Below, piece by piece: positions 26,004-36,408 of a DNA stretch of 64,000 nucleotides. Origin of the DNA: Escherichia phage JLBYU28; sequence record OK272472.1; one strand, given 5' to 3'. A program made the position numbers and the translations under genes. Every line of letters starts with the position of its first letter. The first letter of the stretch is position 1. A model generated the notes under the pieces. That model ran no database searches. It was not told the origin of the DNA and saw only the letters and a program-made list of their open reading frames with translations.

Positions 26004-27076
26004 TAAGGAACCTCTAAAAATCCACTATTCAAATCATCTACAACAGTATTCAACAGGTACGCACCGTTCTGCTGCTCCTGATTAGCATTCTGCTCTTTAT
26101 CAATTTCCATCTTCTTAATCATGTACTTCAAAGGTGGTTCTTTAGGAGCTACAAAATCTCTGGGAATGCCAAACATATCATACAGTGGGGCAGCATTATA
26201 GTAAACCCACTCATGAAGAAGCTTTGTATTTAGGCCAACTACAGCACGTCCTTCGGAGAAGATATAATACGACCATTTCTCTTCACTTTCAACTACTTCA
26301 TCTAAGATTACTTTAATCTCTGGAAGAATTTGTTGAAAAGCTTTCTGCCACTCATCATCTCTTAAAGTTTCTTTTAAAACTTCAATATCAATTTTAGTGT
26401 GAAGGATTTCGTCAAGCATAATTTTCTGCACAGCTTGAGCAATACCCTGAAATTTATCTTGAGCATCAAGTGCAAAAGTACATGCAAAGGATGCCATAAA
26501 AGATATACCTTCCAGTGCAGTCACTGCAAATAGACCTTTTAGAATCACTTTATGGAAGTGTAAAGGGTCTTTGTCAAGAAGTGAATCACGGACATAACTC
26601 AGTCGGTAGTTTATACCTTCATCCAGTAATTCTTCAAGAACACGATTCACAGTTTTTAATCGGTCTTGCACAGCAACATTCTGGTTAATCTCATCTAAGA
26701 TTGTTTCAGGGTTTTTAATACATTGCCTTACAATCTCTGAGTAAGTAAGAGCATGTAGGTTTTCAATCTCAGACTGCTTCATAATTGCAGTTGCATAGAT
26801 GTCATCAGAGATAAAAGGTGCAAAGGCAAATGCCAAGCTCTTAGCAACTTGAGTATCCGCTTCCCATTGCCACTTAAGAATCTCAAGCATTACACCTGAC
26901 ATTGATGCTGGGACACTCTCAAAATCAAGACGTGATTGTTCAAAAGGGAACTCATCTTCTGACCAGTCTTGTGCTTTTTGTTGTTTATAAAGTTCAAAGA
27001 TTTTTGGGTAGTGTTTATTAAGTGAGTCAAAAGTTTTCCTCTCACCACCTAAAAAGATTGGGTGCTGGTTAATCAT
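26003..27076 (-). CDS. nrdB: ribonucleotide reductase small subunit
   Basis: Diiron-ligand ExxH blocks (EIENLH, LDEILH); track ORF extends to 27136 but the Met at 27076 (MINQHPIF) is the likely start. Confidence 0.7.
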   Translation of the reverse strand: MINQHPIFLGGERKTFDSLNKHYPKIFELYKQQKAQDWSEDEFPFEQSRLDFESVPASMSGVMLEILKWQWEADTQVAKSLAFAFAPFISDDIYATAIMKQSEIENLHALTYSEIVRQCIKNPETILDEINQNVAVQDRLKTVNRVLEELLDEGINYRLSYVRDSLLDKDPLHFHKVILKGLFAVTALEGISFMASFACTFALDAQDKFQGIAQAVQKIMLDEILHTKIDIEVLKETLRDDEWQKAFQQILPEIKVILDEVVESEEKWSYYIFSEGRAVVGLNTKLLHEWVYYNAAPLYDMFGIPRDFVAPKEPPLKYMIKKMEIDKEQNANQEQQNGAYLLNTVVDDLNSGFLEVP

Positions 27077-27330
27077 AGCGTGATTTCTCCTTTCTTTATC
27101 ATTTCTAAGGCTTGTTTTCTGTCTAAAACTTCCCAATTTTCTTTGTTGAACATCTCATAAGGTCTTGCGTAGATTTTACCATCTGCTGTAGAGATGTAAG
27201 AGATACCAGCAACCCATGAGTCATCATTTTGTTTTATCATCATATCTGTGCTACCCACATAGTACATCGTTTTCCGAGGCTTGTGGAGCAAGTATATAGG
27301 CCGCTCATGTTTTTCTATTAAGTCTTTCAT
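27073..27330 (-). CDS. hypothetical protein between nrdA and nrdB (about 85 aa from internal Met)
   Basis: Track ORF 27073..27414 overlaps nrdA end; internal start MKDLIEKH more plausible. Confidence 0.4.
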   Translation of the reverse strand: MKDLIEKHERPIYLLHKPRKTMYYVGSTDMMIKQNDDSWVAGISYISTADGKIYARPYEMFNKENWEVLDRKQALEMIKKGEITL

Positions 27331-27385
27331 GGTCTCTCCAAAGTTATTTTTAGAGGGTCTTTTACGACCCTCATAGTTGTTAAAA

Positions 27386-29620
27386 CTAAACACCACAACC
27401 CTCGCAATAAGCATCTTGCAGTGCAGATTTACCTACACCAATGCGACTGTTAAGGTAGTACATGGTTTTCATACCTACCGAGTTGGCATAAATCATGTAC
27501 TTCAAAGCTTGAGCCAATGATACCTTCTTAGACTTTGCATAGTCAACATAGAAGTCTGAAGAGATAGCTTGACCAGTGAACTTTTGAACAATTGCATAAC
27601 AATCAATCATATCAAAGGTGTCAATATCCCAAGCAATTTCATAGACATACTTCAGTTCTTCATAATCTGGAACAATAAACAGTACGTTACCAGTTGCAGA
27701 CTTTTTAGTTAAAATAAAGTCACGAATTGGGTACAAGCCATTTGTCGTATTAGTTGCTAGTGAAGAACTCTCATTAGGCATGTAAGCTTCTAATACAGAG
27801 TTTCGGATTCCACCATTTTCTTTGATACGTTGTGCTAAGTCATCCCAATCATATCGTAGTTTTGCATCATGCTTTTCATCAATCTTCTTGTTAGCTGTCT
27901 TTGGAGGAACCCAGCCTTCAGGATACTTAGTGAACTTCATGTACTCTGGAACGCCACGCTCTTTAGCAAGTCTCAGAGAGGCTTCATGCAGATAGTAAGA
28001 GTGCATCTCTGCCAGTTCATGAAGTTTCGTTTTACCTGCTCGTGAAGAGTAGTTCACATAGTTCTTCGCAAGGTAATGAGCCACATTTGTAAGGCCAATC
28101 CCAACAGAACGACGCTTCTGAACATGGTTACGCATCGACGGATACGGATAATCCATAAGGTCAATAACGGAGTCAACCATTGCAAGAGCATAATAAGCAA
28201 CGTCAGCGTATTCATCTTCTGAAATTCTCCCTGCAACCAAACTAGCTAGGAAGCAAAGAGCCACCTCACCATCCTCTTTCACAGCATCGTCTCTGTAAAG
28301 GTCTGTCTCTTTCTCAAAACCATACACTGGCAACACAATTTCCATACAAAGATTTGACATCTTCAATGGTTCTTTAAATGGTGTGTGTGTGTTTGCATTG
28401 TTAGTGAAGAATGGATACACACGACCTGTAGCATAACGCTGTTGAATAAACAGCTTAGCAATTTCACGAGCCTTGACTCGTCTGTGCTTAACTCCTGAAT
28501 GTACTGCGTGACCAACTGCCATAGCAAACTCATCAGCAGATGCTGTGTAGAACATGTCATAGAGCTTTGGTGCATCTTTGTAAGAGAATAGCAACCAGTC
28601 TGTATCATACTGAACACACTGCCAGAAATAATCGTTTGTGCCGAATGAGTAGTCCATCTCATTAATACGTTTAGAAGGAACCGTTGTAGGGTGCTTCAAA
28701 CGCAGTAAATCTTCAATCTGCGGGTCTAGAGCAGTGTAGAAGTTATTAGCTGAACCGCCACGACTCTTCTGTTTGTTTGCCTCTACAGATGAACGTACAA
28801 GCTTGTAATAAGGTAGTTTACCCATGTGCTCAATCGTATTTTGACGGATACCATCACCAATAGTACGTGTCTCCATCAGCATACCGATACCGGCTTGCTT
28901 TGTAGTCATATCATAAGCAACCTTTGCAGCAATACCAAGTGATTCAGCAGTGTCATTTGCCTTAATCAAACAGCATGACGCATAGCCTGATTTAGTTGCT
29001 CTTAAACCGTTTAAATAAGGTGTAGGAGCATTAATCTTCAGGTCAGATAGGTAAGTGTACAACTTGATAACATCTTGCAGTCTACGGTGCTTTGGTTGCT
29101 TCTCAAAGGCTTTCATAGCCATACCCATAAACATAAATTGTGGCGACTCAAAAAGTCTTCCCGTTTTAATATCACGGATACCGTACTTATCTCTGAACTG
29201 TTTCAAGACTGCATAACCGTAAGAGATATCTTTTGAGTGCACGATGTAACCTTGCAGGTATTCAAGCTCTTCCTGAGAATAGTCCATCTTCTCCCAAAGT
29301 CCTGCTCTCTCCATATTTTTAACGAAGGTGACCAGCGTAGGAACCTTAGTAAAGCCTCCAAAGGCTTCTTTGTAGATAATTCCCAGAAGTAGCCGTCCAG
29401 CCATATCTGAGTACTCTTGCGTTTGTTTATCAACACAAACATCAATCATGGCTTGGTGCATCTCTTTTGTAGTGCAACCTTCATAGACACGCTTCATAGC
29501 TTCCATAGTGACTTCTGACCAGATAATACCACGTTTATCTGCCCATGATGCCCACTTATTCAGTCTTTCTGGGTCAAAGCTTACTACTGTACCATTTGAT
29601 TTTTTAATTGTCTTAATCAT
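27386..29620 (-). CDS. nrdA: ribonucleotide reductase large subunit (class I)
   Basis: N-terminal ATP-cone, ~740 aa, C-terminal Cys pair (CEGCGV). Confidence 0.85.
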   Translation of the reverse strand: MIKTIKKSNGTVVSFDPERLNKWASWADKRGIIWSEVTMEAMKRVYEGCTTKEMHQAMIDVCVDKQTQEYSDMAGRLLLGIIYKEAFGGFTKVPTLVTFVKNMERAGLWEKMDYSQEELEYLQGYIVHSKDISYGYAVLKQFRDKYGIRDIKTGRLFESPQFMFMGMAMKAFEKQPKHRRLQDVIKLYTYLSDLKINAPTPYLNGLRATKSGYASCCLIKANDTAESLGIAAKVAYDMTTKQAGIGMLMETRTIGDGIRQNTIEHMGKLPYYKLVRSSVEANKQKSRGGSANNFYTALDPQIEDLLRLKHPTTVPSKRINEMDYSFGTNDYFWQCVQYDTDWLLFSYKDAPKLYDMFYTASADEFAMAVGHAVHSGVKHRRVKAREIAKLFIQQRYATGRVYPFFTNNANTHTPFKEPLKMSNLCMEIVLPVYGFEKETDLYRDDAVKEDGEVALCFLASLVAGRISEDEYADVAYYALAMVDSVIDLMDYPYPSMRNHVQKRRSVGIGLTNVAHYLAKNYVNYSSRAGKTKLHELAEMHSYYLHEASLRLAKERGVPEYMKFTKYPEGWVPPKTANKKIDEKHDAKLRYDWDDLAQRIKENGGIRNSVLEAYMPNESSSLATNTTNGLYPIRDFILTKKSATGNVLFIVPDYEELKYVYEIAWDIDTFDMIDCYAIVQKFTGQAISSDFYVDYAKSKKVSLAQALKYMIYANSVGMKTMYYLNSRIGVGKSALQDAYCEGCGV

Positions 29621-29639
29621 TTTTGAATCCTACAGATGA

Positions 29640-29662
29640 AAAGAGCCTCCGAAGAGGCTCCC
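29640..29662 (-). terminator. rho-independent terminator (GAGCCTC-TTCG-GAGGCTC + U-run)
   Basis: Perfect 7-bp stem, tetraloop, TTTTC on minus strand. Confidence 0.65.
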
Positions 29663-29666
29663 TAGT

Positions 29667-30002
29667 TTAAATCTTGAAAATTTGCTCATTCTGCCACATA
29701 TCGTAAAACTTATCACTTACTTTTGTGACTGAAGAAGTGTGCATACAATTCAGGAACCACGATGGTGTGTTGCCATTCATAATTGCTTCAAGCTCTTGTG
29801 TAGTGTTCTCATCCATGTCTGCAACAACGTAGTTACCTCGCATCTTGCAAACAATTCTTCCAAACAAGATTGCACTTCTGCCTCTTCGGTCGTCACAGTA
29901 CATAACTGTGTCTCCGTGCTTAACCTCTTGCCCAATACTGTCAACGCCTAATTTAGCACCTGAGATAATGTCATCATAAGATAACTTTTTTGCTTTAGAC
30001 AC
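29667..30002 (-). CDS. hypothetical protein (111 aa)
   Basis: ORF in track. Confidence 0.45.
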   Translation of the reverse strand: MSKAKKLSYDDIISGAKLGVDSIGQEVKHGDTVMYCDDRRGRSAILFGRIVCKMRGNYVVADMDENTTQELEAIMNGNTPSWFLNCMHTSSVTKVSDKFYDMWQNEQIFKI

Positions 30003-30327
30003 GGTATTTCTCCAAGTTTCTTTTTAGATATAACCAACCGTAGTCAGTCCTTTCTACACCCATAAAGAGTGGAGCCATCACAACTTTACCGAAAGTATTC
30101 CTGTGTTGGCAGATTTCAAAGGAATACTCTTTCTCAATATCAATCCCGTATTTGTACAGGACTGCTTTTAAAACTTGTTCATTATCCAGAAGTGTATCTG
30201 GAGTCTCACCATACTTCTCAAGTAACGGGTCATACATAAACACCGTCATAGAAATATTATAGTTTGAGAAGTGGCTCTTCTGAGCCACACCCTCTTTATT
30301 AATGTTCTGTGAATCCATTATAACCAA
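29995..30327 (-). CDS. hypothetical protein (110 aa)
   Basis: ORF in track. Confidence 0.45.
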   Translation of the reverse strand: MVIMDSQNINKEGVAQKSHFSNYNISMTVFMYDPLLEKYGETPDTLLDNEQVLKAVLYKYGIDIEKEYSFEICQHRNTFGKVVMAPLFMGVERTDYGWLYLKRNLEKYRV

Positions 30328-31054
30328 CCCCTTTTAACCAGCACTTCAGGTTATTAGCATCATAATTCAGTTTCGGGTATGAGGTTACATGGAACTGCTC
30401 ACCATCATAGTAGACAATATCTGCAATCCATAGTCCATTCTCTTTACAGAAGTCTTTATCTGCTTTAGAGGTAATTGGATTAACTTCTACAAAACCATCT
30501 ACACCCAAATCCTTTAAGCTACCTACAATACCTTTGCAGATAACGCATGTCTCAGATACTACCACAAAAAGTTCTTGGCTTTCAAGTTCTACAATGTATT
30601 CACCAAGCTGTACTTTAGGGAGATTTGATTGCTTCATAATCTTCCCATCGGCTGCACGAACAATCGCATACCACTCTTTACCATCAACTACTGACATTCT
30701 GATAACACACTCTTGACCAGTACGCTTCTCAATATCTGCAAGACGTTTTAAAGCTTCTTCATAGTCATCTGTGTACTTCAGGTCATTATTATGGCAAACA
30801 GCTTTCATAGCGCCGTTATGGTCATGTTGTGACAGATAAATCAAGCCGTCAAGAACATATTGCAAATCTGCCTGAGCATCCAGTGTCTCAATGGGGTCTT
30901 TCTCTTCAATTGCTTTTACAAGCTCTTTTGCTTCTTCAAGCATACACAGAGATTGAGATTTTAAAGATTCCCAATACTCATCACTGTAAGGTTGCTTTTG
31001 AGTGTTTCCACAACGCAGGTTCCAGTTTTTTACTGATTCTCTTGAGTTAAACAT
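30299..31054 (-). CDS. hypothetical protein (251 aa); N-terminus weakly MazG/NTP-pyrophosphohydrolase-like
   Basis: ORF in track; weak all-alpha EExxD pattern only. Confidence 0.3.
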   Translation of the reverse strand: MFNSRESVKNWNLRCGNTQKQPYSDEYWESLKSQSLCMLEEAKELVKAIEEKDPIETLDAQADLQYVLDGLIYLSQHDHNGAMKAVCHNNDLKYTDDYEEALKRLADIEKRTGQECVIRMSVVDGKEWYAIVRAADGKIMKQSNLPKVQLGEYIVELESQELFVVVSETCVICKGIVGSLKDLGVDGFVEVNPITSKADKDFCKENGLWIADIVYYDGEQFHVTSYPKLNYDANNLKCWLKGVGYNGFTEH

Positions 31055-31293
31055 TCGGACTCCTTAAAATATCTGTTAACTTTTAGCTCTCGTGTTTCAA
31101 TATATTCTAGATGCTCACGTAGCTCTTGACGTTTAAGCATTAGGTGCTGCATTTGAGATTCAACAGCTTCAACTTCTTTGATTATTGACTCTCTAGCATT
31201 TGCAAGGATGCGCTCAAGTTCTTCAATCTTGCTGTCAACTTTTGCTACATGACTCACAGCTTTGCTTTTGTTAAACATTTTATTCTCTCTCAA
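31030..31293 (-). CDS. hypothetical coiled-coil protein (87 aa)
   Basis: ORF in track. Confidence 0.4.
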   Translation of the reverse strand: MRENKMFNKSKAVSHVAKVDSKIEELERILANARESIIKEVEAVESQMQHLMLKRQELREHLEYIETRELKVNRYFKESECLTQENQ

Positions 31294-31299
31294 TAGTTA

Positions 31300-31797
31300 T
31301 CAAGCACAATTTGCTTTCATTACCTTATGGATTCTTTTTTCAGCATCTTCATAAGTTTCTTTAGTAATAAACTTAATTGCTGCAATATTGGCATTGTAGA
31401 AGAGTCTGAGCTTCGAGTCAATCCTTTTTGTCATTACATCGAACTTATGTTGAAGGTTTGCTTCACCATAAACTAGGCCACCTTTTGTGTAGTAGGTCTG
31501 AATAATGTAAAAGTCAAAAAATTCTTTTCCAAAGCTCTCAATATCTTTTTTAATATACTCAGAAGAAGTCTCGTAAGTCATCCAATCACTTTCCTTAGTG
31601 ACTACCTTCTTCCGAGTCTTCCCAGCAACTTTTCTTTTGGTAACACTGTTAAACTGTTTCCTTCCTATATAGTATTGTCCAGTCTTCTTACAGTGCACTA
31701 AATAGACAAAACCAAAATGTTTAGTGGGGTCAACTTCCCCACATAAAGATACCCAATGACCATAGGTGGGACAATTACCAAATCCTTTAATCTTCAT
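31300..31797 (-). CDS. GIY-YIG-like nuclease, possible homing endonuclease
   Basis: FGFVYLVHCKKTGQYYIGRK resembles GIY-(9-11)-YIG. Confidence 0.35.
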   Translation of the reverse strand: MKIKGFGNCPTYGHWVSLCGEVDPTKHFGFVYLVHCKKTGQYYIGRKQFNSVTKRKVAGKTRKKVVTKESDWMTYETSSEYIKKDIESFGKEFFDFYIIQTYYTKGGLVYGEANLQHKFDVMTKRIDSKLRLFYNANIAAIKFITKETYEDAEKRIHKVMKANCA

Positions 31798-32827
31798 TCA
31801 TACACGGCTCCCAATTATATTTCTTAAAAGAGAAATTATCTTTTGGATTCCTCTCTTGATATGCTACCCAGAAATGCTGCTCCATTAACTCTAACGGTGT
31901 CTTTGTAACAGTCTGTCCATCCCATGACACATAGGTATAAGACTCTTTTTTAGCATAGAGTTCATAGATAGCATCAAGACACTCTTTATATGTCTCTTTA
32001 CCATCTAAAGCATTCATCACAGCTACTTTGCCAGCACCTTTAAGACCAAAGTAGTTGTCTGCATTATCTCCAGCAACAGCCTGATAACACAAGAATTTAA
32101 AACCTACACCAACTGTTTTTGCAGCTTTTGGTTTTGATTTGATAGGGCAATCCCAGATATTACCAACGTTATTATCAGCAATAAAAATTAGTGGTGACTT
32201 TTCATAAGTCATATCAATACAATAAGTCCCTTCAGCTTGTCGAAGGTCTTTATCAATACTCATAAGAGCAGCTTTCTTACCCATCTTTTCAGCTTTAGCA
32301 ATTACGATTGAATCGGCTTCGAAGCCGCCCCTTAAGAGCTTGAACTCTGGTCTGGATAAAAGGTATTCACGACAAGCAACTAAGTGTGTTGGTGTGACAG
32401 CATCTTTACGGTTCCCTTGATATTGGTGCTCAAGACCTTTAATGTCTTTATGTTTATGCACACCTTTCTCTGTTAAATAACCTACCCAAGTTCTCTCTTT
32501 ACCAACAACCTTAAGCCATTCCTGAAGCACCTGTTGAGTCGCCATGATAGCTTCTTTCTCACTCTTAGCTTCTTTCCAAGTCTGTCTTTCCCATTCATCT
32601 TCATCAAATGTCAGGCCAAGCTCTTCCACAAGGATTCTCTGGTCTGCTAACCATCTTGCAGCATCTTTCGCATTATCAAATGGCTCAGACTCTTCTGCTG
32701 TGAGTTTATTGACATATTTATATTTTGCTTTCTCAACTACACAAGCACCTTTATAGGCAATACTGTCAGAGTCAATAAAGACATGTGTAACTGAATCGGG
32801 AAGCTTTGTTAATGTGTACTTCTCCAT
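31787..32827 (-). CDS. 5'-3' exonuclease / flap endonuclease (RNase H-like)
   Basis: Acidic clusters FIDSDSIAYKG and MSIDKDLRQ typical of the FEN/T5 exonuclease family. Confidence 0.7.
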   Translation of the reverse strand: MEKYTLTKLPDSVTHVFIDSDSIAYKGACVVEKAKYKYVNKLTAEESEPFDNAKDAARWLADQRILVEELGLTFDEDEWERQTWKEAKSEKEAIMATQQVLQEWLKVVGKERTWVGYLTEKGVHKHKDIKGLEHQYQGNRKDAVTPTHLVACREYLLSRPEFKLLRGGFEADSIVIAKAEKMGKKAALMSIDKDLRQAEGTYCIDMTYEKSPLIFIADNNVGNIWDCPIKSKPKAAKTVGVGFKFLCYQAVAGDNADNYFGLKGAGKVAVMNALDGKETYKECLDAIYELYAKKESYTYVSWDGQTVTKTPLELMEQHFWVAYQERNPKDNFSFKKYNWEPCMNED

Positions 32828-32889
32828 TATGGCTCTCCATATGAAAAAGCCCCATACTAAGTACAGGGCTTTAAAGTAACTTTTAGAGA

Positions 32890-33747
32890 TTAGTCTTCTG
32901 TATCGAAGTCTTCATCTTCTTCGTCATCTGGGTCTGGCAAGTCTTCATCGTCACCATCATCAGAATCATTCGAAGGTTTGTGGTCTTTTGCGTCTTCTTC
33001 AGTGATTTCACCGTTGTCTTCAACACCATCAAGACCAAGCATAGCCAGTTCATCTTCATCCAGTTCAGGTTCGCCGTTAGCACCGTTACCACCAGTGTAA
33101 GGTACAAGGGTATCAATGATAAACTGTTCCTGAATAGGTTTTGTCAGAACATTGTTCTCAAAAGTGTAGAAGTGAGTAGAAAGAATCACACTACCAAAAG
33201 AACCGTTACCAACTGCAATATCTGGATGAATTACATCATAGTTCTTGTCATCTTCATGTTTATCGGATGCTTGAGCTTTAATTTTCTTCATCGGCTGTTT
33301 AACAGCTACACGCTTACCATTTACTTCTTCAATAAGCATAACAGGGAATGACTGTTTAGCTGTCCATACAGCACCGTCTTTATAAGCTGCTGCACGACTT
33401 ACTTTCAAGATGTAGTAAGTGTCTGCTTCAAAAGGTGGTTTGCAACCAAACTTCTCTTCGAAGTCATCTGCATCAACTGCTTCAGTAGTAACTTTATCCC
33501 AACCTTCTGGATTTTTCTTAGACTTAGTAAACTCTTTAAACAGCTTGTTACCATCTTCTGCCAGAATTGAAACGCTGTAGTTACAATCTTTTCCTGGGAA
33601 TTTCTTATCAATGGATTTACCTTTTCCCGGACGTGGTGAAGTGTTCAGGTAATAAAACCAGACATCTTTCAGCAGGTAACGCAGAGTTTGACGTTCAGTA
33701 CCATTGTACTTCTCTACCGGAGCTTTCATTTTAACAACTTTAGACAT
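32890..33747 (-). CDS. single-stranded DNA-binding protein with acidic C-terminal tail
   Basis: C-terminus DDGDDEDLPDPDDEEDEDFDTED with aromatic near the end, as in T7 gp2.5-type SSBs. Confidence 0.55.
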   Translation of the reverse strand: MSKVVKMKAPVEKYNGTERQTLRYLLKDVWFYYLNTSPRPGKGKSIDKKFPGKDCNYSVSILAEDGNKLFKEFTKSKKNPEGWDKVTTEAVDADDFEEKFGCKPPFEADTYYILKVSRAAAYKDGAVWTAKQSFPVMLIEEVNGKRVAVKQPMKKIKAQASDKHEDDKNYDVIHPDIAVGNGSFGSVILSTHFYTFENNVLTKPIQEQFIIDTLVPYTGGNGANGEPELDEDELAMLGLDGVEDNGEITEEDAKDHKPSNDSDDGDDEDLPDPDDEEDEDFDTED

Positions 33748-33819
33748 TATTTAAACCTCTATCTCAATTTATGAAGAGTACCAATTCTAATTTGTTGATA
33801 CTCTATTGTCAAATACTAA

Positions 33820-33969
33820 TTACTGGAAGTTGTGCTTATCTTTAGAAGATGCTTTACGTGCAGTTTTTCCAGTTCTTACACGTTTTTCTTCATAGTATTT
33901 TGCTGGTTTTCCAGCAGTGGCTTTTAAGGAATCCCCAAAAACTTTTTCAAATGCTTTAGAGTGTTTCAT
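33820..33969 (-). CDS. small basic protein (49 aa; below track threshold)
   Basis: Hand translation MKHSKAFEKVFGDSLKATAGKPAKYYEEKRVRTGKTARKASSKDKHNFQ. Confidence 0.35.
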   Translation of the reverse strand: MKHSKAFEKVFGDSLKATAGKPAKYYEEKRVRTGKTARKASSKDKHNFQ

Positions 33970-34259
33970 GATATTCTCCGATATACTTGATATTCAAACA
34001 CATTTTCTTTAATTATAAACAGCCAACCAATATTATGTCGAGGTATAGTAATAGTGACTGTTATCATGCTGTGATGGAACTTTTCTTCTACCTCAACGCC
34101 TCCATCACATTTCATGTAGAGCATTCTATAGAACCTATCAACCTTTGTCAAACACTCTTCCTGAAATTCATTTAAACTTTTTTCTTCAAAGAAGGGTATG
34201 AACCCCTCTCTTTTATAGCTATCACTCAGTTTCAAACGGGCAGTCATCTGCATCCTCAC
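33966..34259 (-). CDS. hypothetical protein (97 aa)
   Basis: ORF in track. Confidence 0.35.
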   Translation of the reverse strand: MRMQMTARLKLSDSYKREGFIPFFEEKSLNEFQEECLTKVDRFYRMLYMKCDGGVEVEEKFHHSMITVTITIPRHNIGWLFIIKENVFEYQVYRRIS

Positions 34260-36213
34260 TTAATACAGGTGGAATCGTTGAGCTTTGACGCTGTTCTTCA
34301 GTATAGACTTCACCAGTCTCACGGTCAAACACTTCATCTTCATAATGAGGTAAAGAGTCGTCATAATGGTCTTCAGCTTCACCAATACCAAACTGTTGAC
34401 GGATATTTTCTGCTGCACCATCAATGTCAACACCACATCCAGAAGCTTTGATAAGACGTCCTGTGTCTGGATTGTACCAAGTATGGCCAGCAATACCTGT
34501 TGACTTACCATGACGACGACACTTAGTTAACTTGATTTTTGTCAAGTTTTTCTTAACAGGGTCTGGGTCAACCTTGTTACGCATTAACAGGATGTTGTTC
34601 ATAGAAATCTGGAAATACGCACCAGAGCCTTTAATATCCTCTTCAGAGATATCCCCACCTTCAGAGTTAGCCTTCTGACCACCTGCACTCTTACGAACGT
34701 GACAGACGTTCACTTGTGCATACTGGTAGCGTTTGCAACGACGCAATAGCTCAGACAAAACTTCCTCTTCATCCGTATCTGAACGTGACAGAGCCAACGT
34801 AATAGGGTCAAGAATAATAATCTTACAGTCTAAGCTATTAACAAGATAGTCAACAAACTCCAGTAAGTTATCTTGGTCAATTGCCCCTTGATGGTCTACG
34901 ATGTGGATACGACGACCTTTAGATAGTTCTGCGTGCGCTCCCTTCAATTCATCCCAATCACGTTCGTCATAAGGAATCTCAGAAATCTGCTTGCTCAGGT
35001 GGATTGCACAGAGCATCTCCATCAACTCTTCATAGGTATCTTCTACAGGAATTACACCAATATTGTAATCGGTTTCTTTCCAAGCTGTGTAAATCATTTC
35101 ACGAGTATATGCTGATTTACCCACTGAAGATGGTGCTGCCAGAGTTGTAATCTCACCTAGTCCATAACCACCATAAGTCAGTCTGTTCAAATCTCCGAAT
35201 GATTCTGGGAAAGGAATCAATGGAATCTGACCACGATTCTTCATTGCCTCAAAACCATCTGCGAAGTTCTTGATACCAGCAGGACAGTAACGAGGTGCAT
35301 TGTAGATACGCTGCTTAAATCCTTCCAGAACTGTATCTTTCTCTTTATAGAACTTTGTCCACCATTCGTTAAGGTCTTTTACACCTTCTGGATACTGGAA
35401 TAAACGAACCTTCTCAATAGGCAGGATACCAGCAGCCTCTTTAGTGGCTTTAGCACCTGCTTCATCGTTATCAAAGCACAAGTAAATCTCATCAAATGAT
35501 GTAATGTACTGATAGTTATCCTTGATAGACTTGATGTTTGCACCTGATGGAACAGATACGTGACAGTAATTCTTACGACGAGATTTGTCCTTAATCGCAA
35601 GAGAAGTCATATAGATTGCTGTCGCACATTCCATCTCACCTTCCCAGATGAATAGACGGTTACCACCTTCTGGAGCAATCCATGAACCGAACATTGCCAG
35701 TTCACCTTTAATGTCTCCAACACCACCAGAAAAGTCCTTTAACTTACCACGTAGGTGCTCTTTTGGATGGTCTTCTGGGTAACGGTGACGAACACGGTAG
35801 CCAACATGCTCTAGCTTGCCATCTTCATTGCGTTTGTAAGTTGGGTAGAAATGTGCGTCAATTTCACCGTCACTATCAATGTCAACCTTGATACCTAAAC
35901 GTTCAAGGACTTTTGCAGGAATCTTCCTATCTTTCAAGTCCATTGCTTCTAGGTTTTCTTTTACATCGTCTAAATCCATTCCACGGAAAGTACGGTTTTT
36001 ATTGTCTGAACCAGTAGAATAAGTGCTCACGATTTGTCCTTTATCAAAATCCCACTCTGGGAAACCTTTGTTACAACTAAAGCAAGTCATCGAATAAGAA
36101 TCATCGTCATGATGATAGATTGAACCAGCATCTGATGAACCACAACGTGGGCATGCACAATGACCAATAAACTGACCAGCCTCTTTCAATTTACGACCTT
36201 TAGACATTAGCAC
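34222..36213 (-). CDS. DNA primase-helicase (zinc-ribbon primase N-terminus, DnaB-like helicase C-terminus)
   Basis: CPRCGSS...CFSCNKG zinc ribbon; Walker A-like AAPSSVGKSAYT. Confidence 0.7.
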   Translation of the reverse strand: MLMSKGRKLKEAGQFIGHCACPRCGSSDAGSIYHHDDDSYSMTCFSCNKGFPEWDFDKGQIVSTYSTGSDNKNRTFRGMDLDDVKENLEAMDLKDRKIPAKVLERLGIKVDIDSDGEIDAHFYPTYKRNEDGKLEHVGYRVRHRYPEDHPKEHLRGKLKDFSGGVGDIKGELAMFGSWIAPEGGNRLFIWEGEMECATAIYMTSLAIKDKSRRKNYCHVSVPSGANIKSIKDNYQYITSFDEIYLCFDNDEAGAKATKEAAGILPIEKVRLFQYPEGVKDLNEWWTKFYKEKDTVLEGFKQRIYNAPRYCPAGIKNFADGFEAMKNRGQIPLIPFPESFGDLNRLTYGGYGLGEITTLAAPSSVGKSAYTREMIYTAWKETDYNIGVIPVEDTYEELMEMLCAIHLSKQISEIPYDERDWDELKGAHAELSKGRRIHIVDHQGAIDQDNLLEFVDYLVNSLDCKIIILDPITLALSRSDTDEEEVLSELLRRCKRYQYAQVNVCHVRKSAGGQKANSEGGDISEEDIKGSGAYFQISMNNILLMRNKVDPDPVKKNLTKIKLTKCRRHGKSTGIAGHTWYNPDTGRLIKASGCGVDIDGAAENIRQQFGIGEAEDHYDDSLPHYEDEVFDRETGEVYTEEQRQSSTIPPVLSEDADDCPFETE

Positions 36214-36400
36214 CTCTTCGTTGTAGTTCCGCCTTCAATCCATTTTCAATCTTGTCCAGTTCATGAATTTCATCTGCAATCTCTTTCCTTCGTGATTCAA
36301 CTCTCTTAAGACGTTCAATCATTACCTCATTGGAAAGAGATGAGAGTTCCACTAAACGGTGGTCAATAACTTTAAAATTGTCTTTTACTCTCATCTTCAT
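36200..36400 (-). CDS. hypothetical small protein (66 aa)
   Basis: ORF in track. Confidence 0.4.
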   Translation of the reverse strand: MKMRVKDNFKVIDHRLVELSSLSNEVMIERLKRVESRRKEIADEIHELDKIENGLKAELQRRGANV

Positions 36401-36408
36401 TCTCTCTT

